This document shows positions 25,239-35,197 of a DNA stretch of 64,000 bases, in pieces (within the stretch, counting starts at the first letter, position 1; every line of letters starts with the position of its first letter). A model generated the notes under the pieces. The model saw nothing but the letters and a program-made list of their open reading frames with translations, was not told the origin of the DNA and searched no databases. A program made the translations under genes and the position numbers. Source of the stretch: a virus (taxonomy: Duplodnaviria; Caudoviricetes); the IMG/VR virus record IMGVR_UViG_2595698357_000001, positions 1 to 64,000 of that record. One strand, given 5' to 3'.

Positions 25239-26501
25239 ATGGCTATCTACTCCAGCTCGTTTACAGGGCAGCAGATCGACCAACTGTTGGCGCAGGTCGA
25301 TAAGAAGATCAACATCGCCGATATCGTTGACGACGAGAAGGTGGGGAGTGCAACAACCCCCGCGTCGTCTCGTCTGATGCAAGGAGCCTATCAGGCTATC
25401 GCGTCACAGGCCGATGTACTGGACAACAAAGTCATGAGGATCGACGGTTCTGAGCAAATCGTCAACGGCAAGAAGAAATTTGCCACCCAGATTGAGGCCA
25501 ATGGTGGGATGAAAATCCCAACATCCAAGACCTTGGAAATTGCAGACATCGCGACGTTGGATACCAGTGCCGTCAACCTAAAGCAGTTGAAGCAGCATGG
25601 CCTCAGCCTGGATACCCCTGGCGCAGCGATCAGCATCAGTACCGGGGCGTCTGGCTATTTGCGTCTGGATCTCAACTTCAACACCCTGTCTGCGTTGCCA
25701 GAAGGCACTAAACCGGATACCCACGTGGTGATGGCGGGGGATACCCCGTACAAGGTTACTGACCAGTTGTTCCGTGACGCCATTTATGCTGATCAGCGCT
25801 TTACGAATTTGTCCAACAGCAATAGCGGCAAGGTGGACACCACCACATTCAACAATACGGTTACTCAGCTGAACAGCAGCATTAACCAGCGTGTTCTCAT
25901 CACCACGTACAACCAGGACTTGACCGCCACGAACAACGCCCTGGCTGCACGTGTATTGACTACCACCTATGATGCAAAGATGACTGCTCTGGATGCTGCT
26001 GACGCTGCACGTGTGCTGACGACCACTTATAACGCGGGTATGGCGACCAAGGTGGATGTCACCACTTACAATGCTGCTATCTCTGGCATCAACACCTCGT
26101 TGGCGGGTAAGGTAGACAACAGCACCTACAACACGAAGATGACTGCTCTGGACGGTCAGATCAGCACGATCAACACCAGCCTTGGCACCAAGATGGATTA
26201 CGCCAAGAGCGGTACTGGTACTGCTGCAGGTGGTGCATCGACCAACTTGGTGACGTTCGCCAAGAAGGAAGTTGCGATGTTCGTGGTGTCAGCGGTGTGG
26301 ACAGGTGTTGCTAAGCCCGCTGTGTTCGAGGTGTACATGACCAACGATGGCACGACTGCCTTTGTTGATTCACGTGCGATCTTCGCCGGTTCGCTGACGT
26401 TTACGGCAGCGTTGACAGGTGGTAACATGGTGCTTCAGGCCGTGAACGGTGACGCGACCAAGACTGTGACGTTGAGCTACAAAACTCTGGTTCAATACTA
26501 A
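25239..26501 (+). CDS. Tail or baseplate fibre-like protein with coiled-coil TTYN repeats
   Basis: Repeated V(L/D)xTT(Y/F)(N/D) units; lies between baseplate and tailspike genes. Confidence 0.7.
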   Translation: MAIYSSSFTGQQIDQLLAQVDKKINIADIVDDEKVGSATTPASSRLMQGAYQAIASQADVLDNKVMRIDGSEQIVNGKKKFATQIEANGGMKIPTSKTLEIADIATLDTSAVNLKQLKQHGLSLDTPGAAISISTGASGYLRLDLNFNTLSALPEGTKPDTHVVMAGDTPYKVTDQLFRDAIYADQRFTNLSNSNSGKVDTTTFNNTVTQLNSSINQRVLITTYNQDLTATNNALAARVLTTTYDAKMTALDAADAARVLTTTYNAGMATKVDVTTYNAAISGINTSLAGKVDNSTYNTKMTALDGQISTINTSLGTKMDYAKSGTGTAAGGASTNLVTFAKKEVAMFVVSAVWTGVAKPAVFEVYMTNDGTTAFVDSRAIFAGSLTFTAALTGGNMVLQAVNGDATKTVTLSYKTLVQY

Positions 26502-26549
26502 AGTCGACTAAATACCCCTAATGATCACATTTCCATTAGGGGTATCAAA

Positions 26550-29513
26550 ATGTCCACTAACCAGCTCAGACCAAAATATCCGTCTGGCATTGAGGCTCAA
26601 GAGCGCTCGAAGTTTGACAAAGGGATCGATACTGACGGTATATTGAACACCGGGCTGATTGAACATGCTCCTGGTGCTGAGATGACCGTCCCAGCTGACA
26701 ACACGGCCGGTGATGCCAACATCGCGGGCATTCGCTATAACCCAGACAACGATGAGTTCGAAGGTGGTTATGGTGATAACTCTTGGCGCCAACTCGGTGG
26801 CGGTGGCATTCGTTGGGAACAAGCTGACAAAAACTCCCCTGTGCATGTCGCCAAAGCAGCGCGTGGCTACCTGATCGATAACCGTCTGGGTCAATCACAG
26901 ATCATCTTCCCGGTTGTAACCCGTGTTGGCACGATCATCGCCATCGCTGACCAGTTTGGGAAATTCGCGACTCTGCCGCTGACAATCAAGGCCAGTGGTG
27001 GAAAAATCTATGGCCAAACCGACGACATGACAATTTCCACCAACAACGTGGCTGCAACATTCACGTGGACGGGGCAGGAGCAGGGCTGGATCATCACTTC
27101 TGGTGTTGGCCTGGGCCAAGGCCAGGTTTACAACAGAACCATCTTCTCTGAGGTGCTGACGGCACCCACGTCGTTCATCAACGTGAACCACGCAACCGAA
27201 ATGGTTGATGTCTACATCAACGGTGCGCGCCTGGCAGAGAAACGTTACAATCTGGCCGACACTGGCGTTGCTCTGAAAGAAGAGATCCCGGCCGGGGTAG
27301 AAGTGCAGGTCATCGAGTACAAACCTATCCAGCTGACCATCAGCGACGAAGACAGCCGACTGAAGGAACTGGAGAATCAGGTTCAGGCTCTGAAGGATGG
27401 CCCAATCATCTGGCGTTACACTGCGACTGGCGGTGAGACCGTGTTGAACCCAGGAACTGCGTTCACCCGCTGTAAGCTGGAAATCAATGGCATCGGCTGG
27501 GACATAGATGACTACTCCATCGTTGACAACAAGATCATCCTCCCAGAGCCGCTGGGTGTTGATCCTATCAGTGGTCAGGGCGACCGTGTCAAGGTCACTA
27601 TTGGCTTCGATAACGATGTCGGATTCGAAGGCTATGTCTCCAAGCAAGAGCTGGCTGATGAAGACGGTGCGAAGATGGTGGGCACTTCATTGGTGTCTAA
27701 CCTGGACGACGTCATCGCAGGTAAGGTCTTGCAATGGTCTGTTGGTGTCAAAGTGACCTCCCCTCACCAGATCATCCAGTACGCGGAAAAGAGCTACCAA
27801 TACATCGGTTATCTTCCGCGCGTAGTGGCCGGGGCTAACCCTATGGCGGACGGTGGTGTATGGTCAGTTGCCAACCCGGCTGGTGTTTGGGTTCCTGTGG
27901 GTGACCTCGGGTTTGCGACCACCATCGGGGCAACCGGCGGCGCAGCCATGGTTGGTATGAAGAACGGTGGGAACCTCCAGCAAGCGATTGGTTGGGTTAC
28001 TCCGGAGCAGTTCGGGGCTAAAGGTGACGGCGTCACTGATGATATTGCAGCCATCAACGCGGCAGTGGGAACTGGCCTTAACGTGATCTTTAACGCGTCT
28101 TCGACCTATCTGATCGGTGGCCCAATCATCCTCCCGTACACGGCAACCTGGCAGAACTTGTTCGGGAACGACGCGGTCATCAAAGCCAAGTCTCATTTCC
28201 TGATGTTCCAGCAGAAAGACTTTGACGGTAACGTCGGGATGAACACCGCGTACAAGAACTTCTACGGTATCCGTGGTGTCGGGACAGCCCATGCGAAGTC
28301 TGTCTACACCCAGGTGGTACAGTCTCAGTTCTTGCGAATGACCAACGGTACAGCCAGCGATTGTTCTGCGATCGGCTTCTGTAACGGTCTTTCTTTGATG
28401 GGCGGCGCGCGGGTGTTCAACTTTTACGCTGACGACATCCGAAATGCAGCCATCCGTGGCGAGGGGGAGAACAACTTCCTGGTGGGTATGAACGCCGGTT
28501 TCATCGCTGGTGACGTAGTCCTGATCAAGAGCAATTACTCGTACTACAGCAATCTGTTCTGTGAGTATGCCGGGGTGTCTCCAGAAGATACTGAAGAACC
28601 TGCTTCCTTGCGCGACCAGGGCGCTATGGTATCGTTCGCACAAGACGGCCAGAACGCCATCGGCAATGTGGTCGATACCTGTCACTGCCTGAACTATGGC
28701 GGCGCGTTCGCAGTGTTCTCTGGCTCCTACAACAAGATGACAGGTTCCCTGTACGGCGGTGCATTTGTTGAAGCCCGGCGCGCCAAGGGTGCTGGTAACG
28801 CCATCTACATGTCTGGATCTTACAATATGATCGCTGACGTCCAGCTTGACCTGGTGTATAGCGGTGTTGAGATGCATACTGGCTCCAGCCACTGCTCTAT
28901 GGGCTACATCACTATAGAGGCCAAGAGTGGGTATGGTACATATGCGATCTCTATCAACGGCACGACAACTGACTGTCATATCCGTGGCCTTCATGTTAAA
29001 CGTGGCCTAACTAAATCGGCTGATGCGTACTTGGGTACTGACGGGACCGACATCGGCGAGTTGAAGCTGGAGAACTTTACCCAACCATCCAGCGGGGCAT
29101 CACCTGTGCGGGTACTGGGGAGCAATATTATTGACCGCTTGTATGTGTCTCAGTCTCCAACTTCGACTTCTACGTTTATCAACGTGACGATACAAGGCAA
29201 TGCACAGATTCGTGATCTGCAAATTGATGGTTGCTTGGGCAACTCACTGTTAGTTACTGCAGGTGCTGTCCCTAATCTGGGTACAGTACAGATCACCCCG
29301 AACCAGAGTTCGACTGTTCCGCCTTGCATCTTCTCAGGAACTGACACCCGTGTTGTTGGTGGTTTGAATATCCGTGGCGGATCGGCGGTAGGACAACCCA
29401 GAGCTAATGGTACATTGTGGCTTGGCAGTTACCGGGGACCGACCTGGGCACGTGCGGATTCCGCTGTTGCAGGCACAGTGCATTATCCTGATCCTGTAGC
29501 ACACAGTTTGTAA
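26550..29513 (+). CDS. Tailspike, TSP4-like (baseplate anchor, XD domains, beta-helix)
   Basis: IRYNPDNDEFEG...GGGGIRWE...TFTWTGQEQGWIITSGVGLGQG matches the CBA120 TSP4 N-terminus as recalled; VTPEQFGAKGDGVTDD begins the beta-helix. Confidence 0.9.
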   Translation: MSTNQLRPKYPSGIEAQERSKFDKGIDTDGILNTGLIEHAPGAEMTVPADNTAGDANIAGIRYNPDNDEFEGGYGDNSWRQLGGGGIRWEQADKNSPVHVAKAARGYLIDNRLGQSQIIFPVVTRVGTIIAIADQFGKFATLPLTIKASGGKIYGQTDDMTISTNNVAATFTWTGQEQGWIITSGVGLGQGQVYNRTIFSEVLTAPTSFINVNHATEMVDVYINGARLAEKRYNLADTGVALKEEIPAGVEVQVIEYKPIQLTISDEDSRLKELENQVQALKDGPIIWRYTATGGETVLNPGTAFTRCKLEINGIGWDIDDYSIVDNKIILPEPLGVDPISGQGDRVKVTIGFDNDVGFEGYVSKQELADEDGAKMVGTSLVSNLDDVIAGKVLQWSVGVKVTSPHQIIQYAEKSYQYIGYLPRVVAGANPMADGGVWSVANPAGVWVPVGDLGFATTIGATGGAAMVGMKNGGNLQQAIGWVTPEQFGAKGDGVTDDIAAINAAVGTGLNVIFNASSTYLIGGPIILPYTATWQNLFGNDAVIKAKSHFLMFQQKDFDGNVGMNTAYKNFYGIRGVGTAHAKSVYTQVVQSQFLRMTNGTASDCSAIGFCNGLSLMGGARVFNFYADDIRNAAIRGEGENNFLVGMNAGFIAGDVVLIKSNYSYYSNLFCEYAGVSPEDTEEPASLRDQGAMVSFAQDGQNAIGNVVDTCHCLNYGGAFAVFSGSYNKMTGSLYGGAFVEARRAKGAGNAIYMSGSYNMIADVQLDLVYSGVEMHTGSSHCSMGYITIEAKSGYGTYAISINGTTTDCHIRGLHVKRGLTKSADAYLGTDGTDIGELKLENFTQPSSGASPVRVLGSNIIDRLYVSQSPTSTSTFINVTIQGNAQIRDLQIDGCLGNSLLVTAGAVPNLGTVQITPNQSSTVPPCIFSGTDTRVVGGLNIRGGSAVGQPRANGTLWLGSYRGPTWARADSAVAGTVHYPDPVAHSL

Positions 29514-29523
29514 GAGGTGAAAG

Positions 29524-29730
29524 ATGAGTGAAGAATTGGATGAAGTTATCGAAGTTCACAAAGTTGTCGGGGTTGAACCGGATGATGGGGGGCGTGTAGC
29601 CCTCCTGTTTGAAGGTGGCGGCTCCACAACGATATCTGTGAGCAAGCAAATCCAGATGGGTATCGATGGTCCTGGGGTGCTGCGGTATTACGGCAGCGGT
29701 CGTGAAGAATTTGACAAAATTGAGGGTTAA
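29524..29730 (+). CDS. Small hypothetical protein
   Basis: 68 aa, RBS GAGGT. Confidence 0.7.
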   Translation: MSEELDEVIEVHKVVGVEPDDGGRVALLFEGGGSTTISVSKQIQMGIDGPGVLRYYGSGREEFDKIEG

Positions 29731-29733
29731 ACC

Positions 29734-30030
29734 ATGTCTGTTAAGAAAACTAGATCTGTCTCATTTCAGAAATTCTTCAGTGAAACTGCAGTGTATCAGG
29801 ACGGCGGTACTGAGGCAGCAGAGTTTGAGTACACTGTGTCCTCTGTGACTGTCCTTCAGGATGGTTCGGCCAGCGCGCGCTGTGATGTGAAGGTGAACGG
29901 CTCTACATCTCAGTATCCGTACAGCTTCAGCTTCATGTACAAGGGTGGCAATCTGTTCAAAGAGGCCGAAGCAGCCCTCAAGATTGAACTGGAACCGCCT
30001 GCGGAACCAGACCCGGCTCCTGAAGCTTGA
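29734..30030 (+). CDS. Tailspike-associated small protein, paralog A
   Basis: Aligns by eye with 32237 and 37765 (Y(T/S)(V/I)xS...F...GxN...AExxL). Confidence 0.8.
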   Translation: MSVKKTRSVSFQKFFSETAVYQDGGTEAAEFEYTVSSVTVLQDGSASARCDVKVNGSTSQYPYSFSFMYKGGNLFKEAEAALKIELEPPAEPDPAPEA

Positions 30031-30035
30031 AAACG

Positions 30036-30060
30036 AACCCGCTCCGGCGGGTTTATTTTT
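30036..30060 (+). terminator. Intrinsic terminator
   Basis: AACCCGC-TCCG-GCGGGTTTATTTTT. Confidence 0.8.
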
Positions 30061-30101
30061 GACTAAATAATCGATAATACCCGATTATTGCGGAGACTAT
30101 C

Positions 30102-32225
30102 ATGTCAACTAGACGCCCCAATTTTAACAACGCCGATCTTGAGCAAGCGTATTATTACAAACGTCGCTCGTTTGGTAATGGATATACCATCAAATTCCAA
30201 CGAGAAGCACTGCTATGGGATTCTGCTGATGGTGGTGATGGCAACTATTACATTTGGGGAGGCGCACTCCCTAAATCTGTTCCATCTGGTTCCACTCCCG
30301 CCACCAGTGGTGGCCTGGGGAATACCGCATGGATTAATATCGGCACGGCGGCGTTGGCCAACGTGTTATATGACATGCTGACGCCGGAAATGTTCGGTGC
30401 TAAAGGTGATGGCGTGGCAGATGACACTGCTGCGGTAGTGGAATGCTGGAAGTCTGCAAAGGCCAAGGCCTCCGATCAGTTTAGAATCGAAGTTGTGATG
30501 CGCCACAAATATCTTATCCGCGCTCAGACCTTGATCGGTTCTAGCAATGTTCGATACAGCGGGGGCGGCACGATCACCACAGACAGTACTGCTTTGAACT
30601 ACACTATGATAACATTTGATGACTGTGCCAATTTCATATTCACAGATATCAAGGTAACGCGGTCAGCATTTCCTGATCCTTCTGTCATGTGGTCTAAAAC
30701 TAATCAGGCCATGGTGATGACCAACTGCACCGATTTCTTGGTGTCACAATGCGACGTTTCTTACCACACTGATGCGATATCTGTGTCATCTGGTGCACGA
30801 TACATAATCGAAGGGAACCGAACTCACGAACTCGGTGAAGAAGGCATTGCTATTCGCCGGTCGCGCAAATTCGTTTGCCGTAACAATTTTGTGTTCAACC
30901 ACCATGGCGACGGTATTTTGTTGAAGACCGCAAACGTGTTCTGTCATGACGGCCTGATCGAAGGGAACCACGTATTCGATGGTCTGAAGAAATCTGGTAT
31001 AGCAGGTGGCGCTCGTGGCGGTGGTATCACTCTGAATGATGAAGTCATCGGGACAGTATCTGGTATTAACTTCAGTTCTCTCGGCGTTGTCGGAAACTTG
31101 GTGCGTAACACATCCTATGGGTTGTCATTCGCTAACGTGGACGACCTCAGAATAGAGGCCAACTCTTGTATTGACATCGAAAGATTTGGGATAAACTGGG
31201 ACACCACAGTGTTTAACAACCCATCCCTCAACCCGATGTACAGGGGTGCCGTGGTAGGCAACAACGTGGTCAATTGCGGCCAGGTCGGGATTAGTGCAAC
31301 GTCCCTGAACGGAATCAACATATTCAACGTGTTGGTGACTGGTAACACTGTGGAAAGCGCGGGCACACAGACTGGGGCGGAATACCCTGGGATAACTGTC
31401 AGTGGTGGGGTTGTAACTTCCAACATCGTCACCAACTGTACTGTGGCGTACCAAGGATCGGATACTGTCGCAACAGGGAACCGCTTTATTGGTTCTACCA
31501 GGACGACTGATGGCGTGGGCGCGGTTTGGCTGAAGATCGGCGGCTCTGGAGTGTTCAGTGACAACGTGGTGGTTGATTCCAACAAGGGTTATATTCGGTT
31601 GTCCAGCGCCAATGACCTTTCTTTCAGTGGGAACGATATTGCTCTGCAGTCCTCGTTTGCAGGCTTGTATTTCACAGGGACATTTACCACTGGTGTCAAA
31701 GCCGGAGGGAACGTTTACTCGTGCCCGAATTTCCCCAGCGTTAGCAACTTTAACGTGGGACCGACCGTGATTCGTTCTATGGAGTTGACTCCAGCAGAGT
31801 TCGGGCGCAAGCGGCACGTTTACGACGGTGTTGCTGCCTCTGGTTTGACTCACCTTGTCGGGGATGTTGTGTCTAACCGCGCCCCTGCCGTCGGATTCCC
31901 AATGGATTATGTGGTTTCGGCAATAAACGGTGATGGAACTCCGGCCTTAACACCATTGAATTTCAACCGGCGCTTGGTGACCGTCACCCAAGATTTAGTT
32001 GTCACCAACGGCACGTTCATACAGATCAAAGTGACGGGGTTGGTGGGGGTGTTATCCAACTGGATGCCAGAAGGAGTGGCTACTAGTGTGCCAGCGCAAG
32101 GGTTGACTATCACGGCGCACGTGACCAATGCGCAGGAAGTAACATTCCTCGTCTGGAACCACTCAGGCAACGACAGAAATATCACGGGCGTAACGCTCAG
32201 CACATATGTTCACAGCGTGAACTGA
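30102..32225 (+). CDS. Tailspike (TD head plus beta-helix depolymerase)
   Basis: YIWGGALPKSVPSGSTPATSGG head motif; TPEMFGAKGDGVADD; parallel beta-helix repeats. Confidence 0.9.
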   Translation: MSTRRPNFNNADLEQAYYYKRRSFGNGYTIKFQREALLWDSADGGDGNYYIWGGALPKSVPSGSTPATSGGLGNTAWINIGTAALANVLYDMLTPEMFGAKGDGVADDTAAVVECWKSAKAKASDQFRIEVVMRHKYLIRAQTLIGSSNVRYSGGGTITTDSTALNYTMITFDDCANFIFTDIKVTRSAFPDPSVMWSKTNQAMVMTNCTDFLVSQCDVSYHTDAISVSSGARYIIEGNRTHELGEEGIAIRRSRKFVCRNNFVFNHHGDGILLKTANVFCHDGLIEGNHVFDGLKKSGIAGGARGGGITLNDEVIGTVSGINFSSLGVVGNLVRNTSYGLSFANVDDLRIEANSCIDIERFGINWDTTVFNNPSLNPMYRGAVVGNNVVNCGQVGISATSLNGINIFNVLVTGNTVESAGTQTGAEYPGITVSGGVVTSNIVTNCTVAYQGSDTVATGNRFIGSTRTTDGVGAVWLKIGGSGVFSDNVVVDSNKGYIRLSSANDLSFSGNDIALQSSFAGLYFTGTFTTGVKAGGNVYSCPNFPSVSNFNVGPTVIRSMELTPAEFGRKRHVYDGVAASGLTHLVGDVVSNRAPAVGFPMDYVVSAINGDGTPALTPLNFNRRLVTVTQDLVVTNGTFIQIKVTGLVGVLSNWMPEGVATSVPAQGLTITAHVTNAQEVTFLVWNHSGNDRNITGVTLSTYVHSVN

Positions 32226-32236
32226 GGAGATTTGTA

Positions 32237-32515
32237 ATGTCATTCGTTAAGAAAGAAACGTTGTCGGTTTCCAACTATTACCCTGGGCTGGGGCTGTATG
32301 AGCCAAAAGACTCAGTGGAAGAGGAAGTCACTTACAGCATAGAGTCTGTAGACAGCATCACTGGAGAACAAGCTGTCGCAAACTATTCTATGACTATAAG
32401 GGGTAAGAAAGCCCCTCAATGGTGGTCATTTGAATTCCCAGTAGGCAGTGGCACGAACTTGTTGCTGTCCGCAGAAGATGAGTTGAAGCGTCTCAAGGGA
32501 TATTCGGAAAATTAA
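32237..32515 (+). CDS. Tailspike-associated small protein, paralog B
   Basis: 92 aa paralog; RBS GAGGAG. Confidence 0.8.
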   Translation: MSFVKKETLSVSNYYPGLGLYEPKDSVEEEVTYSIESVDSITGEQAVANYSMTIRGKKAPQWWSFEFPVGSGTNLLLSAEDELKRLKGYSEN

Positions 32516-32522
32516 GTATTAT

Positions 32523-32544
32523 AAAGCCCCCATTTGGGGGCTTT
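32523..32544. terminator. Bidirectional terminator
   Basis: AAAGCCCC-CATTTG-GGGGCTTT between convergent genes. Confidence 0.8.
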
Positions 32545-32650
32545 ATTCTTCCACATCGAAAGGATTGTAATCCTTGTTGGAACCGCATTTGTACAACTCT
32601 TGCTCCAATCCTTCCAGGCTTTTTAGTGACGCCAATTCGCTATCAGTCAT
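32543..32650 (-). CDS. 35-aa peptide antisense to the tailspike cluster
   Basis: RBS GAGGAGG-TGTGT-ATG; MTDSELASLKSLEGLEQELYKCGSNKDYNPFDVEE; promoter TTCAGT-N14-TATAAT at 32668-32693. Confidence 0.6.
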   Translation of the reverse strand: MTDSELASLKSLEGLEQELYKCGSNKDYNPFDVEE

Positions 32651-32721
32651 ACACACCTCCTCATGTAATTATAGTCTAGCGCTAAATACTGAATAATACC
32701 CATTATCCATGGAGTTTCCAA

Positions 32722-35121
32722 ATGGTCACCAAAAATACTTCGTACCACCCGCTCATGGGTGACGTCGAACCAGCTACATACTACCGCCGGGGTTCGTTCC
32801 AGGATGGTGGTTTTGTTCAAATCCCAGATGACATAATCAAACACTCTGACGGAAACTGGTATCGCTACAAGAATGCTATCCCAGCTGGCGGTGTTCCGGT
32901 GCTTCCAGGGACTTCTCCGGACTCTAATTGGGAGTTGGTAGGGTTACGTGGGGATGTGGTAGATCGCCTCGGTACGACCAGCGGGTTCCGTTTTGTTGGA
33001 CAAGCTGCCAGTATCGCTGAAGTCCGTGCCATTGAGCCAACCAAACCCAACGAACGGATACTGATGAAGCAGTATGGTCCGATCAAAGGTGTGGGTGGTG
33101 GTGAATTCTGGTATGACGAACTGGATACCACCACTGCAGACAATGGTGGTACTATCCTCGTGACTGCTGGAGGCAAACGCTGGAAGAAGATCATGAAGGA
33201 TACCGGGTACTCGGCTGAAGACTTCGGAGCTGACCCAAATGGGGTGGCCGACTCCCGTGCTGCTATCCAAGCCGCAATTGACTTCGTCGGCACTCTGAAG
33301 AATAAGATCCTGTATCTGACTGGCACTTACCGGATTGAAGGCGACACGACCATCACCTTGGCCAATGGCGTACAATTGCTGGGTACTCGTCGTGGTATGA
33401 CCCAGGGACCACAGACTATTCTCGGTGATACGATGAAGGTGGTCAATGACACGACCTTCCATGTTGCCATGACTCCAGGCAAAACCACACCGCTATTCAC
33501 CGCCGGGCGTGATGCTGTGTTCTCTGGGTTTTCCGTCGTGTATATCAACCAGCCGAAAGAAGCCGCGACCATCAACGATATCTTGACTTATGGTCCGACG
33601 ATTTGGGCAAGTCACTCTTGCTCGGTTGTGAATGTTCGCTATGTCGCTGCCTGGGACTTCTTCAACGGTCGGGGTGAAGCACATTTCCTCAGTGATATCT
33701 ACGGCTACGCCTTCAACGTTGACTTCCATATTGAAATGTGTGCTGACGTCACGCGCCTGAAGAACATCCACATCAACTCAAACGTTTACCGTCCTGGCTG
33801 GTCTATCTTGGATGTGGCTGCACCGCGCGTTACCAGCCGAGCATTCGAAATGGTACAACATGACGGCATCATGTTCGAAGGGATTCACGTGTTCGCCAAG
33901 GGTACAGTCTGGCACAACCGCCAAAACAGCACTGCGCGTCTCTGTTCCCTGAACGGTACGGACTTCTTGTTTGATAAATGCGGTACAATGCTGGACTCTG
34001 ATGTCAACGGCGGCGTCTGCTGCTCCCTGTCCAACGGGGTGTTTATCCATGACTACCACACCAACGAAGGAGCTGCACTGAACCTGACCAACCCGGTAGG
34101 CACTCAGGTAACTTCTTACTATCTGACGGATTGGAAATGGCAGCTGGGTTCGGCTGGTACGTCCCCAGGACAAGGCTCTTGGGCGGCAAACTGGATGAAC
34201 TTCAACAGCGCAGCAGGTACTCGTGTGTGGCTGGATAATATCAACATCCTGGCCATGGGGACTCTTGCCCTTAACAACAATGCCCAATTCAACCGGGTCG
34301 AGGGTAGTGTCACCATCGGCACACGCAAAATTAATTTCAGACCTCAGAACGCCAACCTGGTAGAGAACCATCGACTGGTGTCCATAGATCCGTTCACCAA
34401 TATCCCATATGGCTTCACCAAACTGGGTACTGCTGTGACCGTGTCAGGGCGTAACGTGACCAGCACTGCCGCAACTTCACCAACTGGACTGGGAATCAGC
34501 ACTCGCGTTGCTCAGACTTTCCCTTCGTCTTGTGCAGTTTGGGTATACGCCAGCCAGAAAGGTGATAGCTCTGGTATTCTGGTGACAGCTTATCTTGCCG
34601 GGTTTACCAACCCGATAACGTTCTCAGCGCAATGGGAAGCCATGGGCAACTCATGGTTGGCGCGCCTGGAGGTTCCGAGTAGTGCCGGGCGTACTCATTG
34701 GGATATCACAGCAAACGCCCCTTCAGCCACTGGTGGTACGCTGACAATCCAAAGCGTCCATATGATCGCAGGCACGACTCTGGAATTCTCACCAGAATCC
34801 GATTCGGTGGCGATCCATACGAACCAAGTGGGCGCAATGCGTGGTAAAATGACCTTGGTGGCCAACGTTCCTCAGGAGCTACCATCGGCTCACTTCGGGG
34901 GTGATCGTGGAGTGATATCCCTTTATGTGAAGTCTGCAACCGTCGTTGGCTATTGGGTGTTGAACAAGCGACTGATCGGTGACACGGGTACAGTGACACA
35001 GATAGCCTATGCGGCAGGGGCTGAGACAATTACTGTGGATTGGCCTGCAGGTAGCGGGGCGAAGCCAAGGGTGATGTCTACTGCTGGCGGTGACGTGGAT
35101 GTCACGATAACCGGTGTCTGA
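32722..35121 (+). CDS. Tailspike (beta-helix depolymerase)
   Basis: GGGEFWYD...DNGGTILVTAGGKRWK head; SAEDFGADPNGVADSRAAIQAAID. Confidence 0.9.
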   Translation: MVTKNTSYHPLMGDVEPATYYRRGSFQDGGFVQIPDDIIKHSDGNWYRYKNAIPAGGVPVLPGTSPDSNWELVGLRGDVVDRLGTTSGFRFVGQAASIAEVRAIEPTKPNERILMKQYGPIKGVGGGEFWYDELDTTTADNGGTILVTAGGKRWKKIMKDTGYSAEDFGADPNGVADSRAAIQAAIDFVGTLKNKILYLTGTYRIEGDTTITLANGVQLLGTRRGMTQGPQTILGDTMKVVNDTTFHVAMTPGKTTPLFTAGRDAVFSGFSVVYINQPKEAATINDILTYGPTIWASHSCSVVNVRYVAAWDFFNGRGEAHFLSDIYGYAFNVDFHIEMCADVTRLKNIHINSNVYRPGWSILDVAAPRVTSRAFEMVQHDGIMFEGIHVFAKGTVWHNRQNSTARLCSLNGTDFLFDKCGTMLDSDVNGGVCCSLSNGVFIHDYHTNEGAALNLTNPVGTQVTSYYLTDWKWQLGSAGTSPGQGSWAANWMNFNSAAGTRVWLDNINILAMGTLALNNNAQFNRVEGSVTIGTRKINFRPQNANLVENHRLVSIDPFTNIPYGFTKLGTAVTVSGRNVTSTAATSPTGLGISTRVAQTFPSSCAVWVYASQKGDSSGILVTAYLAGFTNPITFSAQWEAMGNSWLARLEVPSSAGRTHWDITANAPSATGGTLTIQSVHMIAGTTLEFSPESDSVAIHTNQVGAMRGKMTLVANVPQELPSAHFGGDRGVISLYVKSATVVGYWVLNKRLIGDTGTVTQIAYAAGAETITVDWPAGSGAKPRVMSTAGGDVDVTITGV

Positions 35122-35125
35122 CTGC

Positions 35126-35148
35126 AAGCCCTCTACGGAGGGCTTTTT
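35126..35148 (+). terminator. Intrinsic terminator
   Basis: AAGCCCTC-TACG-GAGGGCTTTTT. Confidence 0.8.
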
Positions 35149-35197
35149 CACCCCTGGGCTAAATAAGTCATATTGGTATAGATATCGGAGAATTCCC

